A stretch of DNA of 64,000 nucleotides from Candidatus Latescibacterota bacterium (GTDB lineage: Bacteria > Latescibacterota > UBA2968 > GCA-2709665), in assembly GCA_965222075.1 (NCBI GenBank), contig OZ244937.1, positions 3,904,001-3,968,000 of the forward strand, read 5' to 3'. The position numbers and the translations under genes were made by a program. The notes beneath the pieces are model-generated. The model had not been told where the DNA came from, did not search any database, and saw only the letters and a list, made by a program, of their open reading frames with translations. Positions 10,552 to 20,041 of the stretch are shown here, one piece after another (the first letter of the stretch is position 1; each line of letters starts with the position of its first letter).

Positions 10552-12105
10552 TCAAGGCCGTACGGCCTTTGATTCTATCGTCCCCCGCAGCGGACCGAAC
10601 ATCCCGTAAGCCCACTCAATCTGCGCCTCTTTAACGCGGGCCGCGAGGGCTTCGGTGATCGGCGCCGAAGCGAGGGCCCGCTCGTCCTGTTCGATTGAAA
10701 TACGCTCTCCGGTAACCGTGAACCGCAGGGTCGTCGGCTTTCCGGTCCATGCAATCGCGCCCACGGCGCAACCCGGCTTGCGCATCCGGTAAACGGCGCG
10801 ATACTGATTCCACACCTCGTCGTCGTGCAGGAACTCAAGCCGCATATCGCGCTCGTTGCAGCCTTTGGCACTCAAAGAAATGTACAGCGCATCGCCCATC
10901 GGGTTCAGTCCCGTGACGCGCTGGCCCCATAAATTCCCCACAATCTGATCCTCGTGGTTGTTGTTATGGTCGGCAACTTTGTCGTCCCAGGGATGTACCA
11001 TCTCATTCGTAATCTCCGGCGTCTCAAACATGCGTTTCACAAAGTGCCACCTGTCCTCGTGCGCGTCATACCGCCACAGCTCGGCCCACGGCCACACGCC
11101 CACGTACAGGTCCCCGCCGTAGATGCACGTCGTCTGCGCCTCCCGCGCCCGGTCCGACACGCCCGGCATCACCGGAGGCGCGCCCTCCAGGTGGCGGAGC
11201 GCTTTGCCGTCATATTCGAACAGATTCCCCGTCGGGTACTGCCCGATCAGCATCCTGTCGTACCAGTTGAGCATCGAATAAAGCTGAAAGCTGACCCCTG
11301 TCTTCGACGGGCGCACCACCTTCCACTGCGAGCCGTCGAACGCATACACGCCGCCCATATTGGACGAATCCAGGATCTGGTCGCCCACCTGGCCGATGGC
11401 GAACGGCGTCTCCCCGGGGTATTTCACGTCCAGGGTAACGGCTCTGCTCAGATCAACAGAACCGCTTCCGGGCACCCACGGAACGGCATAGAGCCGGCTA
11501 TAAGCCGGATCGCTCTCCTGGCTGTCGTGGAAAAAGACCAGGTGGCCCAGCGCGTAGTAGAAGTGGTGGTAGCGGCCGACCTCCGGCTTCGTAAGGACTT
11601 GAGTGCCGTCGAACCAGGCTTCACCCCCTTTGAACTGCAGCACCCTGCCGGCAACGCGCATCTTGCCCTCACCGGTGTTCGTTACACGATGGCCGAAGCT
11701 GTCGTCCACCTGCCAGGCGCCGGCCCCGTCGTCCCACCAGCGCACGACACGATCCTCGTAGTGGCTGAACTGGTGAACCCGGCCGTCCAGATCGAACAGG
11801 TAGGTCCCCCCGTCGTCCGACGGCGGAGGCAACTCTTCAAACGTGGGGGCGCTGTCCTCGTCCCGCACGAAAAACTGAAGCGTGTACCGGTCCATGCGAA
11901 AATGGGTATTGTACAGGCCCGCAAATCCAGCGCCGAAAACCACGCGGCCTTCCGCGTCTTTCGCTTCAAACAGCGAACCCAAGTTCTGCCCGATATCCTC
12001 GCCAAAATCGACGGTCGTGGTAATCTCCATAATCGGTTCCTCCCGAACCTGCGTCCCGGTACACGCGGACAGCAGCAGCAAAGCAGTAAGTGTGATACGG
12101 ATCAT
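10552..12105 (-). CDS. Hypothetical lipoprotein, probable beta-propeller
   Basis: Lipobox LSAC; repeated YxFDG-W blade-like motifs; strong coding bias. Confidence 0.7.
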   Translation of the reverse strand: MIRITLTALLLLSACTGTQVREEPIMEITTTVDFGEDIGQNLGSLFEAKDAEGRVVFGAGFAGLYNTHFRMDRYTLQFFVRDEDSAPTFEELPPPSDDGGTYLFDLDGRVHQFSHYEDRVVRWWDDGAGAWQVDDSFGHRVTNTGEGKMRVAGRVLQFKGGEAWFDGTQVLTKPEVGRYHHFYYALGHLVFFHDSQESDPAYSRLYAVPWVPGSGSVDLSRAVTLDVKYPGETPFAIGQVGDQILDSSNMGGVYAFDGSQWKVVRPSKTGVSFQLYSMLNWYDRMLIGQYPTGNLFEYDGKALRHLEGAPPVMPGVSDRAREAQTTCIYGGDLYVGVWPWAELWRYDAHEDRWHFVKRMFETPEITNEMVHPWDDKVADHNNNHEDQIVGNLWGQRVTGLNPMGDALYISLSAKGCNERDMRLEFLHDDEVWNQYRAVYRMRKPGCAVGAIAWTGKPTTLRFTVTGERISIEQDERALASAPITEALAARVKEAQIEWAYGMFGPLRGTIESKAVRP

Positions 12106-12143
12106 AGTCCACCAACACATATCGACTAACGGCCAAGCCCTCC

Positions 12144-12281
12144 TCAGGCAAGCCCGCTGATAAGGGTATCTAAGTGCATCACAAACTCAAGCGTCAGCTC
12201 GATCCGGGACCCCAGCGTCCGATACCCCTCCCAGTGCCAGCATCCCTCCGACCTCTGTGTCTCGATATACCAGTCGCCCAT
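12144..12281 (-). pseudogene. Possible C-terminal gene remnant (45 codons)
   Basis: MGDWYIETQRSEGCWHWEGYRTLGSRIELTLEFVMHLDTLISGLA*, protein-like with a QxxxGxW motif. Confidence 0.35.
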
Positions 12282-12361
12282 CCGACAGGACCTGTTATTA
12301 CCATAAGCAAGCCCCATTCATCCTCTTTTTCTCCGGTGAGCCCGCCGGGCGCGCGGCAGGC

Positions 12362-12910
12362 TTACAGATCCTTTATCATCCACACCAGGTCGGAGACCCC
12401 GCCCGGAGCGAGATCCGAACGTATCCAATCCGGAAACCGCCCCATTTCCCGGTAGCCCATGCTGGTGTAAAGGTGGTAACCGCGGCCGTTGGCGCTCCAG
12501 ACCGTCAGGTCAATACGCCCTTTCCCAAGCCGCCGCGCCTCCTCCCCTAAAGCGACCATCAGCCGGCGGCCCAGCCCCATGTCACGAAACTGCTTGAGAA
12601 TCAGCAGCCCCAGAGTGATGGAACCGTCGCCGCCGGAGGCGATCAGCGTCCCCTCTCCCACGATGCGGCCGTGCGTTTCCACAACCAGCAGCACGCCCAC
12701 GCCGCAGGCCATGTCCGTAAGCCGCTTGCCCAGCAGTTCTCCTGCGACCCGGGTGTTGGCGTTCCGGGGGCTCGCCATCACCCGCTCCTGATACAACTCA
12801 CGGTGCATGGCGCCGTAGGGCTCCAGATCCCGCCACCGCGCCGTACGCATCACAAAATTCCTGCCGGCGGCGCTCCATTCCTCGATAAAACGCCCCTGGT
12901 CCGTACTCAC
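12362..12910 (-). CDS. GNAT N-acetyltransferase
   Basis: FRDMGLGRRL and VWSANGRGYHLYTSMGY motifs. Confidence 0.85.
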   Translation of the reverse strand: MSTDQGRFIEEWSAAGRNFVMRTARWRDLEPYGAMHRELYQERVMASPRNANTRVAGELLGKRLTDMACGVGVLLVVETHGRIVGEGTLIASGGDGSITLGLLILKQFRDMGLGRRLMVALGEEARRLGKGRIDLTVWSANGRGYHLYTSMGYREMGRFPDWIRSDLAPGGVSDLVWMIKDL

Positions 12911-13115
12911 TGGCAGCCTCCTCGATCCACGGTTTGACGCTCCGGAGGTGACGGCTTTCTACGGGTCACGACGAGCCTGTCGAGCCGGTGACAAGGTCGG
13001 TCGGTTTCCGTGGGTGTTGAAGATCACTTGAGAAAGTACTATGATTTCGGCAAAGTTCAAGATATTTTAGTCTGAAATACTGACACAACCTGGTCCCAGA
13101 TGGAGGAAGCTACCC

Positions 13116-13940
13116 ATGCAGATGACCTCTGACAGCGTTATTGTAAACGATGCCCGGCCCTTCGGCGAAAAAGAGACCGAACAGATCGTCGAACAATTTC
13201 ATCGGGATGGGTACTATTTTCTGGAAAATGTCCTCACCCTGGAGGAAATGGAGGCGCTCAGGAACGGCATGGAGCGGAAGTACCAGGACCCCCGCATGCA
13301 CGAAGACGAGGCGGGCGACCACATTCGCGGCACCAGCATGATGCGGATGTATGAATACGACCGCAACTTCCGAGACCTGATCATCCGCGAACCCCTCGTC
13401 AGCCTGGCCGAGACCATCCTGGGCGAGGACTGTCACATGATGTCCCAGAACGCCCTGCGCTACGACCCCGGCAAGGGCGGGGGGTGGCACATAGACGACC
13501 GGCTCCATTTCCCACTGCCGGACGACCTGCCCCGGCACGACCCCAGGGTTCGGCTGCCCTGCTTTGTGCTCAACGTACTCATCCCCCTGAGTAAAGCAGA
13601 CTCGACCGACTACGGCGTCACACAGGTGGTCCCGGGCAGCCACTATTCCGGCCGGCAGCCCAACAGCAAGGAAAATCCCTCTTTTGAAGGCCGGGGGCCG
13701 GTCTCGCTGGTTGCCAAACCGGGAGACCTCTACATGTTTCACAACCAGGTCTGGCACCGGGGCTCCCCCAACAACTCCGACCAGGTACGCTACGTCGGCT
13801 CGGTCGTCTACAGCCAGCGCATGATCGCCCAGCGGCTCTACCCCTTCATCAATTACCGGATGCCGGACCACGTATGGGAGGATGCAAGCCCGCGCCTGCA
13901 GCGGCTGCTGGGCAGACACAAGAAGGGGGCGTATGGGTAA
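13116..13940 (+). CDS. Phytanoyl-CoA dioxygenase (PhyH) family Fe/2OG enzyme
   Basis: FHRDGY, WHID, VPGSH, PGDLYMFH..WHRG..N; GGAGG RBS. Confidence 0.9.
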   Translation: MQMTSDSVIVNDARPFGEKETEQIVEQFHRDGYYFLENVLTLEEMEALRNGMERKYQDPRMHEDEAGDHIRGTSMMRMYEYDRNFRDLIIREPLVSLAETILGEDCHMMSQNALRYDPGKGGGWHIDDRLHFPLPDDLPRHDPRVRLPCFVLNVLIPLSKADSTDYGVTQVVPGSHYSGRQPNSKENPSFEGRGPVSLVAKPGDLYMFHNQVWHRGSPNNSDQVRYVGSVVYSQRMIAQRLYPFINYRMPDHVWEDASPRLQRLLGRHKKGAYG

Positions 13941-14065
13941 ACTTCAGATAAAATTTGGCCTTGTGGAAGTCCTGTACTTCATGCTCCGGGTACACAGGGG
14001 ACTTCGAGTTGGCCGCATCCGATTAAACCAAACCTCAGATTTTCAAAATTTTTAAAAAGAACCCC

Positions 14066-15271
14066 ATGACCTTTGAAGACCCAAAAAACAGCATCCTCAT
14101 CGACAGCGACTTCCCCTGCAGTAGCGCCGGCCCGATCCGTGTTCCGGATGCGGGTGTCTACGAAGTCGATTACCAGCGAGAGGAACTGCCGCAGTGGTTC
14201 CAGGCCGTCCTCGACGAACGCTTTGAAGGACGCGGGGTGCCCAAAGAGTACATGGCCCACGTCCGCGTCCGGAACACGGGCGATGAGCCCAGGCGCATCA
14301 CCCTCCGGTTTCTGCTCAGCGAAAGGGGCGCAAGCTACATGTACCCGCCCTGGTGGGTCCGTCGGGACGGCGGCTGGTCCTGGATACCGCCTGAAGACAC
14401 CGCTTATGACTATGCGAACCTCACCAACGACACGACCGTGGAAGTCAACCCCGGCGAATCGATCCGCATCGCCTCCGCGCCCTACGAGGAGCCGGACGCG
14501 GTCTGCGAAAAGGCGCGCCGACTCGCCCAGCGGTCTCCCGTGTGGACCTACCGGGAGATCGGCCCCACCGCGCAGGGGCGCCCCATTCCCGTCCTCGAAA
14601 CCGGGCCGCGCCCGCTCAAGGTGCTCGTTGAGGCCACCATGCAGTCCTGCGAGCCGGTCTCCTGGGGGATTATGCACGTCGCACACTGGCTCACAATCCC
14701 CACCATGCGCGCCCGCCGTCTCCTGGATCGGGTGCAGTTCTGCCTTCTCCCCATAACCAACCCCGACGGAGTATTTGAGGGACACAGCGTGACCAACGCG
14801 GCAGGTGAGGTGCCTAAATTCGGAATCAACGACCTGGTTGAGGGGAACCGCCCGGCCCCGCGTGAGACCGAAGCGGTCTGGAACTACCTGCTCGAACTCA
14901 GACCCGACGCAGAGATCGAGGTGCACGCCCATTTCACGCGGGAAGGATTTACGCGCAGCATCGGCATGCAGGACAGGAGCTCGATGCCCGAAGCGCTGCA
15001 GGCAAAAGCTGCAGTTATCGAGGATGCGATCTTCGCAAACTTCCACGCCGACCCCCTGGACAATCGAAAGGTCTTGATCGACCCCGGAAAGCCCGAACAC
15101 AACGTCTACGGCGACCGCCACGTCAGCGAGAAAGCCGGGGTCATCCGGACCTTTCTCCAGGCCGTCCCGGACAGCCTGGAGTCCCACGCCGCGGATGTGC
15201 GGGAGATCGTCGAAACAGTATCCGAAGCCTTGATTCAGTGGAAGTCAGATAAGAAGAAGGAAGACCCTTAA
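14066..15271 (+). CDS. M14-family zinc carboxypeptidase-like protein
   Basis: IGPTAQGRPI, QSCEP (HxxE variant), NPDG, ETEA, EVHAH. Confidence 0.7.
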   Translation: MTFEDPKNSILIDSDFPCSSAGPIRVPDAGVYEVDYQREELPQWFQAVLDERFEGRGVPKEYMAHVRVRNTGDEPRRITLRFLLSERGASYMYPPWWVRRDGGWSWIPPEDTAYDYANLTNDTTVEVNPGESIRIASAPYEEPDAVCEKARRLAQRSPVWTYREIGPTAQGRPIPVLETGPRPLKVLVEATMQSCEPVSWGIMHVAHWLTIPTMRARRLLDRVQFCLLPITNPDGVFEGHSVTNAAGEVPKFGINDLVEGNRPAPRETEAVWNYLLELRPDAEIEVHAHFTREGFTRSIGMQDRSSMPEALQAKAAVIEDAIFANFHADPLDNRKVLIDPGKPEHNVYGDRHVSEKAGVIRTFLQAVPDSLESHAADVREIVETVSEALIQWKSDKKKEDP

Positions 15272-15277
15272 CCTTTG

Positions 15278-15299
15278 GGGGTTTTAAGACAGCTTCTAA
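15278..15299. repeat. Dispersed 22-bp repeat A, copy 1 (IS terminal-repeat-like)
   Basis: GGGGTTTTAAGACAGCTTCTAA, identical to 20020-20041; partial copies at 54422-54437 and 59007-59017. Confidence 0.8.
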
Positions 15300-16030
15300 G
15301 GACGCTTTCTTCGGTACTGCCTGGCCGCAGCACCCGGTTCGAACGACGCAGGGTGAAAGTTTCCGATGCCGGCGTCCCACCGCACCTGGCTCATCGGCAT
15401 AACGCCGCCGTCCTCGAACTGAACCGCCGGCTGTCCGTCCGGCAATCCTGTTTCCGAAACCACCGCGCGGGCTCTGGAAAGCCAGTCTAAGAGGTGCTCC
15501 GCGTGGGGTGGCGGGGGCAGCCAGGCCTGGTACTGCTTTCGCAGCGTCTCGATCAAGCACCCTCCGCCCTCCTCCTCAACCAGCCACGGTCGGCTGCCCT
15601 TTATCTTCATAAACTCATCGTGCAGCCTCAGTGCCTGGTCCTTGTACTGGCGCAGCGTTCGCTCCTGTTCACTCGCAACCGACCGGATGGCTTCGGCAGC
15701 CCTGTCGACCTCCTCGGCTTGGGCCTCCTCAAAAGCCTGCGGTGATTGGATACGCTGCCAGATGGCGCGCTCGGCCTCTTTGGCCTTCTCCCTGCCGACC
15801 TCTTCAACCGTCTCCATTGAGGCAAGGATCTCGCGCACCCTCTCACGTAAGGTCCTGTACTCCTCCAACCTTTGACTCATGCGTCCGACCATATACACCG
15901 CGTCGTCCACCAGCCCGGCAAGCATTCCATCCGGATCGGATGCGACCCGGTCGTAGTCCTCGTACAGGCGCTTCTTCAGCTCGTCCGTAGTCCCACATAC
16001 ATCGCTGAACAATGTCTGTCGAAATGCCAT
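15296..16030 (-). CDS. Hypothetical protein (coiled-coil N-terminal part)
   Basis: 244-aa ORF with GAGG RBS and typical codon usage; no family recognised. Confidence 0.7.
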   Translation of the reverse strand: MAFRQTLFSDVCGTTDELKKRLYEDYDRVASDPDGMLAGLVDDAVYMVGRMSQRLEEYRTLRERVREILASMETVEEVGREKAKEAERAIWQRIQSPQAFEEAQAEEVDRAAEAIRSVASEQERTLRQYKDQALRLHDEFMKIKGSRPWLVEEEGGGCLIETLRKQYQAWLPPPPHAEHLLDWLSRARAVVSETGLPDGQPAVQFEDGGVMPMSQVRWDAGIGNFHPASFEPGAAARQYRRKRP

Positions 16031-16154
16031 CCTCAGCTCCTTTCACCTCGCGTTGTCCTGATATGCCTCCCCCAAAAAAGGTGACAGCCTATTCGACAAA
16101 TCCTTTATATTTTCTTTGACTTCTATGCCGCTCCAAAGGCATCATAATCATATT

Positions 16155-16238
16155 GGGCACCCTTGTGCCAGTACTTTCTGACCAGGCCAGTGACGAGACG
16201 GTCCACTTGCGGACAAATCAAACCGAAAGGACGGACGT
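16155..16238 (+). ncRNA. Candidate structured ncRNA, resembling the Acido-Lenti-1 motif
   Basis: CATAAT -10 at 16143-16148; hairpins GGCAC/GTGCC, GTCC/GGAC and CC-GAAA-GG; core CTGACCAGGCCAGTGACGA...AATCAAACCGAAAGGACGGACG. Family match is from memory only. Confidence 0.45.
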
Positions 16239-16330
16239 AAGGTAAGATAAATTACGGGGGGCTGCCGGAGAGGAATAGTCCGGAGGATGTGGCTGCACCA
16301 TGCGATGGAACAGCGACAGGAGGACAAACG

Positions 16331-17545
16331 ATGAAAATAAACCGGGACCAATTCCTCAAAGACGGATATCTTGTCCTGCGCAGCGTCGTCCCGCCCGATG
16401 AGCTGGATATTCTGCGCGCCGAATACGAAATCCTGGTCGAACGCCAGAAAGCGATCTGGGCGCGTGACCGCAGCCCGGACGATCCCGGCGTGTGGGAAAC
16501 CTCGCCCCAGCCGCGTCTGCACCTGAACCGGAGTCCCCTGGCCGATCTGATCGACGAGCAGACCGCCAACACCGTGGAAATCTGGCTGCACGAAAACATA
16601 CAGGGCGTCAGCAGCCAGCTCCTTGGCGTCCAGGACGCAGCGGCCACAGAGATGATGCTGATGTGCAATCCCGTGCGCGACCACGGTCCGGCCGCCTGGC
16701 ACCGCGACCTCCACCCCATCGACACCGCTCCTCTCCAGGGCTACATCGAAGACATCATCGAGGCCGGACCCCGATACGTGCAGTGGAACCTCTCGCTCTA
16801 CGATGACGACGTGCTGCAGGTCATCCCCGGCAGCCACCTTCGCTTCAACACCCCCGAAGAGAACGAACAGCTGCTAACCGATCCTCGAGCCCCACTCCCT
16901 GGCAGCGTCCAGACGCACCTGAAGGCCGGCGACGGCGTCGTCTACATCCTGCCCATCCTCCACTGGGGCAGCAACTACAGCACGAAGATGCGACGCACCG
17001 TTCATGGCGGTTTTTCAACCTTCACCCAGTACAATAATCCGAATTATACAAACCATCTGTCTGCCCGCGCCCGGTCAGTATTTGAACGCTGGGCACAGCA
17101 CAGTGCGCAGATACAAAACATCACCGAGTCCGTGCTTAGAGCCGCAATTGAAAAAGACGCCGCCGCCTACTGTGCCGGCCTGGAAAAGCTCCACCCGGAA
17201 AGGGGGGATAAAGGGGGGGTGCTCTCAACCGTATTCCTCTGCAAAGCGGCCTATGCCATCACCCTCAAACATCACCCCGACCTGGAAGGGGCGCCCGATG
17301 ACCTCCGCAGACGGGTGGCAAGCCCGCACCCGATCACCCTCAACTGGGGCCCGGCGTTTGCCGATCGCTTCTCAATGGAAGAGGCAGACCTTCTGTGGCA
17401 GCGGTTCAAGCCCCTCGATGCCCTCCTCCAGACGGACGGCGAGCACTTCGTCCCCGGCTTCCAGTCCGGTCCTATGCGGTATTTCTTCAACGAAATGCCG
17501 GCCAATTTCGGCCTCCAGGACTTCATCGCCGGCTGGGATGGGTGA
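16331..17545 (+). CDS. PhyH-family dioxygenase with C-terminal extension
   Basis: QFLKDGY, WHRD, IPGSH, LKAGDG..Y..ILHWG; AGGAGG RBS before ATG 16331. Confidence 0.88.
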   Translation: MKINRDQFLKDGYLVLRSVVPPDELDILRAEYEILVERQKAIWARDRSPDDPGVWETSPQPRLHLNRSPLADLIDEQTANTVEIWLHENIQGVSSQLLGVQDAAATEMMLMCNPVRDHGPAAWHRDLHPIDTAPLQGYIEDIIEAGPRYVQWNLSLYDDDVLQVIPGSHLRFNTPEENEQLLTDPRAPLPGSVQTHLKAGDGVVYILPILHWGSNYSTKMRRTVHGGFSTFTQYNNPNYTNHLSARARSVFERWAQHSAQIQNITESVLRAAIEKDAAAYCAGLEKLHPERGDKGGVLSTVFLCKAAYAITLKHHPDLEGAPDDLRRRVASPHPITLNWGPAFADRFSMEEADLLWQRFKPLDALLQTDGEHFVPGFQSGPMRYFFNEMPANFGLQDFIAGWDG

Positions 17546-17566
17546 TTGTTCGCGGTGGTGGTTTGA
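17545..17566. repeat. Dispersed 22-bp repeat B, copy 1
   Basis: ATTGTTCGCGGTGGTGGTTTGA, identical to 36141-36162. Confidence 0.8.
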
Positions 17567-17582
17567 CTCCAAAAAAACGAAG

Positions 17583-18794
17583 TCATCCTCCTGGGTTCTG
17601 TCCAATATCTCGCTCCGGACCCGGTCGAAAATCGGGCACCGTCTTCACCATCCCCCCGTCTTCTGCCGACGCGGCGGCCACAATCACCGGTGCGGCGGTC
17701 TCCACTGCATCGTACACGTCGATATCCGGCTCTGTGCCGTTCAGAATACACTGCACAAAGTCTGAAAGCGGAAAATAATCCATCCCGCCGTGACCGGTTG
17801 CAGACGCACGATCCGGAACACGATCGCGCTCGAATTCCCACGTCGCATCCATCCGCTCAACCGAAAATTCATTCCCCCGGATAACCGGCGCTTCGCAGAA
17901 ATACGTTTTTCCGGACTCATTCTTCCCTCTACCGGTCTCAACATCCCCTTTGGTGCCCATAAGGTGGTACCAGTGCGCCCCGCTGCTTGGCGCGTTGAAC
18001 CCGGCTGCGAAACGCATAATCGTGTCTTTTTCCGTATGCATCATCGCCACTTCTAAATCGGGCGACGTAAACGGCTCCGTCATGCCAGGGAAAGGAACCT
18101 CCTCAAAACGATAACTCTCCGTCCGGGTCGAAAAACAGGAAACCTTGACAACCCGGTCGTCCAGGACCTTGAGCAAAGGACTCAGCTCATGCGGTCCGTA
18201 AAGAATTGGATGCTGCATGCTCCACAGGCGGGACTTAACCGCGTTGGAATTGCCGGCTTTCTCTGCCCACGTGATCCCCTTGCCCGTTTGAGTATCCACC
18301 CAGAACCGGTCTCCCCCCATCGCATGTAAATAATGACCCTCCACAAACAATATCTTCCCCAGTTTTCCTTCCCTGACCATCTTCTGCCAGGAAAGCGTCA
18401 TCGGACTGTGCCGCTGTTGTTCGGCCAGATAGTACACCCTTCCCGTGCGCTCAACCGTCAAAACCAGATCCCAGCAGTCCCTCATACCGTAGCCTACCGG
18501 CACTTCACTGATCACATCCTTCCCCGCCTCCATCGCCTCCACCGAAAGGGAGGCCTGGTACTCCGGCTCGGTAACCACGGCCACAGCCTCACAGTCCACC
18601 TCCTCCAGCATCCTCCGGTGATCACCGTACAGCGCGACCCGCTTCTCTCCGAGCAGCCTTGCCCGATCTTTTACCCGTGTCGGCATCTTATCGCACAAAG
18701 CCACAATCTCCAACTCCGGTACGGCGCTTATGGTCCTGAACCAGGAAGGCGCACGCCTCCCGCACCCGATCACCGCCATCCGAATTTCACCCAT
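17583..18794 (-). CDS. Gfo/Idh/MocA family oxidoreductase
   Basis: AVIGCG Rossmann start, AGKDVISEVP, GHGGMD, VPDFR. Confidence 0.88.
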   Translation of the reverse strand: MGEIRMAVIGCGRRAPSWFRTISAVPELEIVALCDKMPTRVKDRARLLGEKRVALYGDHRRMLEEVDCEAVAVVTEPEYQASLSVEAMEAGKDVISEVPVGYGMRDCWDLVLTVERTGRVYYLAEQQRHSPMTLSWQKMVREGKLGKILFVEGHYLHAMGGDRFWVDTQTGKGITWAEKAGNSNAVKSRLWSMQHPILYGPHELSPLLKVLDDRVVKVSCFSTRTESYRFEEVPFPGMTEPFTSPDLEVAMMHTEKDTIMRFAAGFNAPSSGAHWYHLMGTKGDVETGRGKNESGKTYFCEAPVIRGNEFSVERMDATWEFERDRVPDRASATGHGGMDYFPLSDFVQCILNGTEPDIDVYDAVETAAPVIVAAASAEDGGMVKTVPDFRPGPERDIGQNPGG

Positions 18795-18969
18795 CCTCAC
18801 CTCCCCTTGCGTTGATTTCCAGAACGGCATCGAAAATATCCGAGTTGTTGCTCCCAATGCCCAGAAAAACCAGCCTCTGCATGCGGGATCTCCTTTATTC
18901 CATAGGGGCTCTCCAGCGACAGAAGCGCATAGAGGGGATGGACTTTGCCTTTACGCTTTGCGCTATGTC

Positions 18970-19950
18970 TTATCTCAGGATTTTTCGGATGTTGTATTTT
19001 TCATTGGGCCGAGCGCTCCGTGCGACCATGTCGGCCAGGAGACCGGTGCAGACGATCTGTACGCCAAGCACGGTGAAGAGAACACCGAGAAAGAGGAGCG
19101 GGTAGCGGTGTTGGATCGTCTTGGTTTGGAGCCAGAGAGAGACAATGTAGGTGTTGATGCCCATCCCCAGGATGCCCAGGATGACGCCCAAGGTGCCGAA
19201 GAGGTGGAGGGGGCGTGCCATATATTTTCCCAGGAACATCACGGTCAGCAGGTCGAGAAAGCCTTTTAGCAGCCGCCCCGAGCCGTATTTGGTGGTGCCA
19301 AACTGGCGGGCGTGGTGTTGTACGGAGATTTCACCGATCCGGTAGCCTTCCAGGTGGGCCAGGACGGGGATATAGCGGTGGAGTTCGCCGTAGATCTTGA
19401 CATCATCCACCACTTCCCGCCGGTAGGCCTTCAGGCCGCAGTTGAAGTCGTGGATGGAGATACCCGAGACGCGTCCGGTCACCCAGTTAAAGAATTTGGA
19501 GGGAATGGTCTTCCCGAAGGGATCCAGGCGCACCTTCTTCCAGCCGGAGACGAGGTCATAGCCTTCATCAAGCCTGGCGATGAGGTTGGGGATCTCGGCC
19601 GGGTCGTCCTGGAGATCGGCATCCATGGTGATGATGATTCGACCGGCCGCCTGCGGAAAGCCAGCGGAGTAGGCGGCGGCCTTGCCGAAGTTGCGGCGGA
19701 ACTGGATGATCACCACCTCGGGCTGCGTTGCGTGGAGTTCTTCCAGCACACGCACCGAGCCGTCTGTGCTTCCGTCATCGATGAAGATCACTTCATAGGA
19801 GCGACCGTAGGCGGCCATGGTTTCCTGGATCTTGTCCATCAAGGGGCGAAGGCTCTCTTCTTCGTTTAAGAGGGGAATCACGATCGAGATTTCGACCGGA
19901 TCGACCGCGTCGGGTGTGGGGTGCGCCGCAGGTGCTGAGTGTTCATTCAT
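18970..19950 (-). CDS. Glycosyltransferase family 2 (ArnC/GtrB-like, membrane anchored)
   Basis: SIVIPLLNEE, DDGSTD, RRNFGK, MDADLQDDP, HDFNCGLK; two C-terminal TM helices. Confidence 0.92.
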   Translation of the reverse strand: MNEHSAPAAHPTPDAVDPVEISIVIPLLNEEESLRPLMDKIQETMAAYGRSYEVIFIDDGSTDGSVRVLEELHATQPEVVIIQFRRNFGKAAAYSAGFPQAAGRIIITMDADLQDDPAEIPNLIARLDEGYDLVSGWKKVRLDPFGKTIPSKFFNWVTGRVSGISIHDFNCGLKAYRREVVDDVKIYGELHRYIPVLAHLEGYRIGEISVQHHARQFGTTKYGSGRLLKGFLDLLTVMFLGKYMARPLHLFGTLGVILGILGMGINTYIVSLWLQTKTIQHRYPLLFLGVLFTVLGVQIVCTGLLADMVARSARPNEKYNIRKILR

Positions 19951-20019
19951 AGCGTTCTCCGCAGGTGTGCAGAACGCAGCATGTTGCGCCCTTACGCGAT
20001 TTACTGAATTTACGAATTC

Positions 20020-20041
20020 GGGGTTTTAAGACAGCTTCTAA
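20020..20041. repeat. Dispersed 22-bp repeat A, copy 2
   Basis: Identical to 15278-15299; contains the TAG stop of the GT9 gene. Confidence 0.8.
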
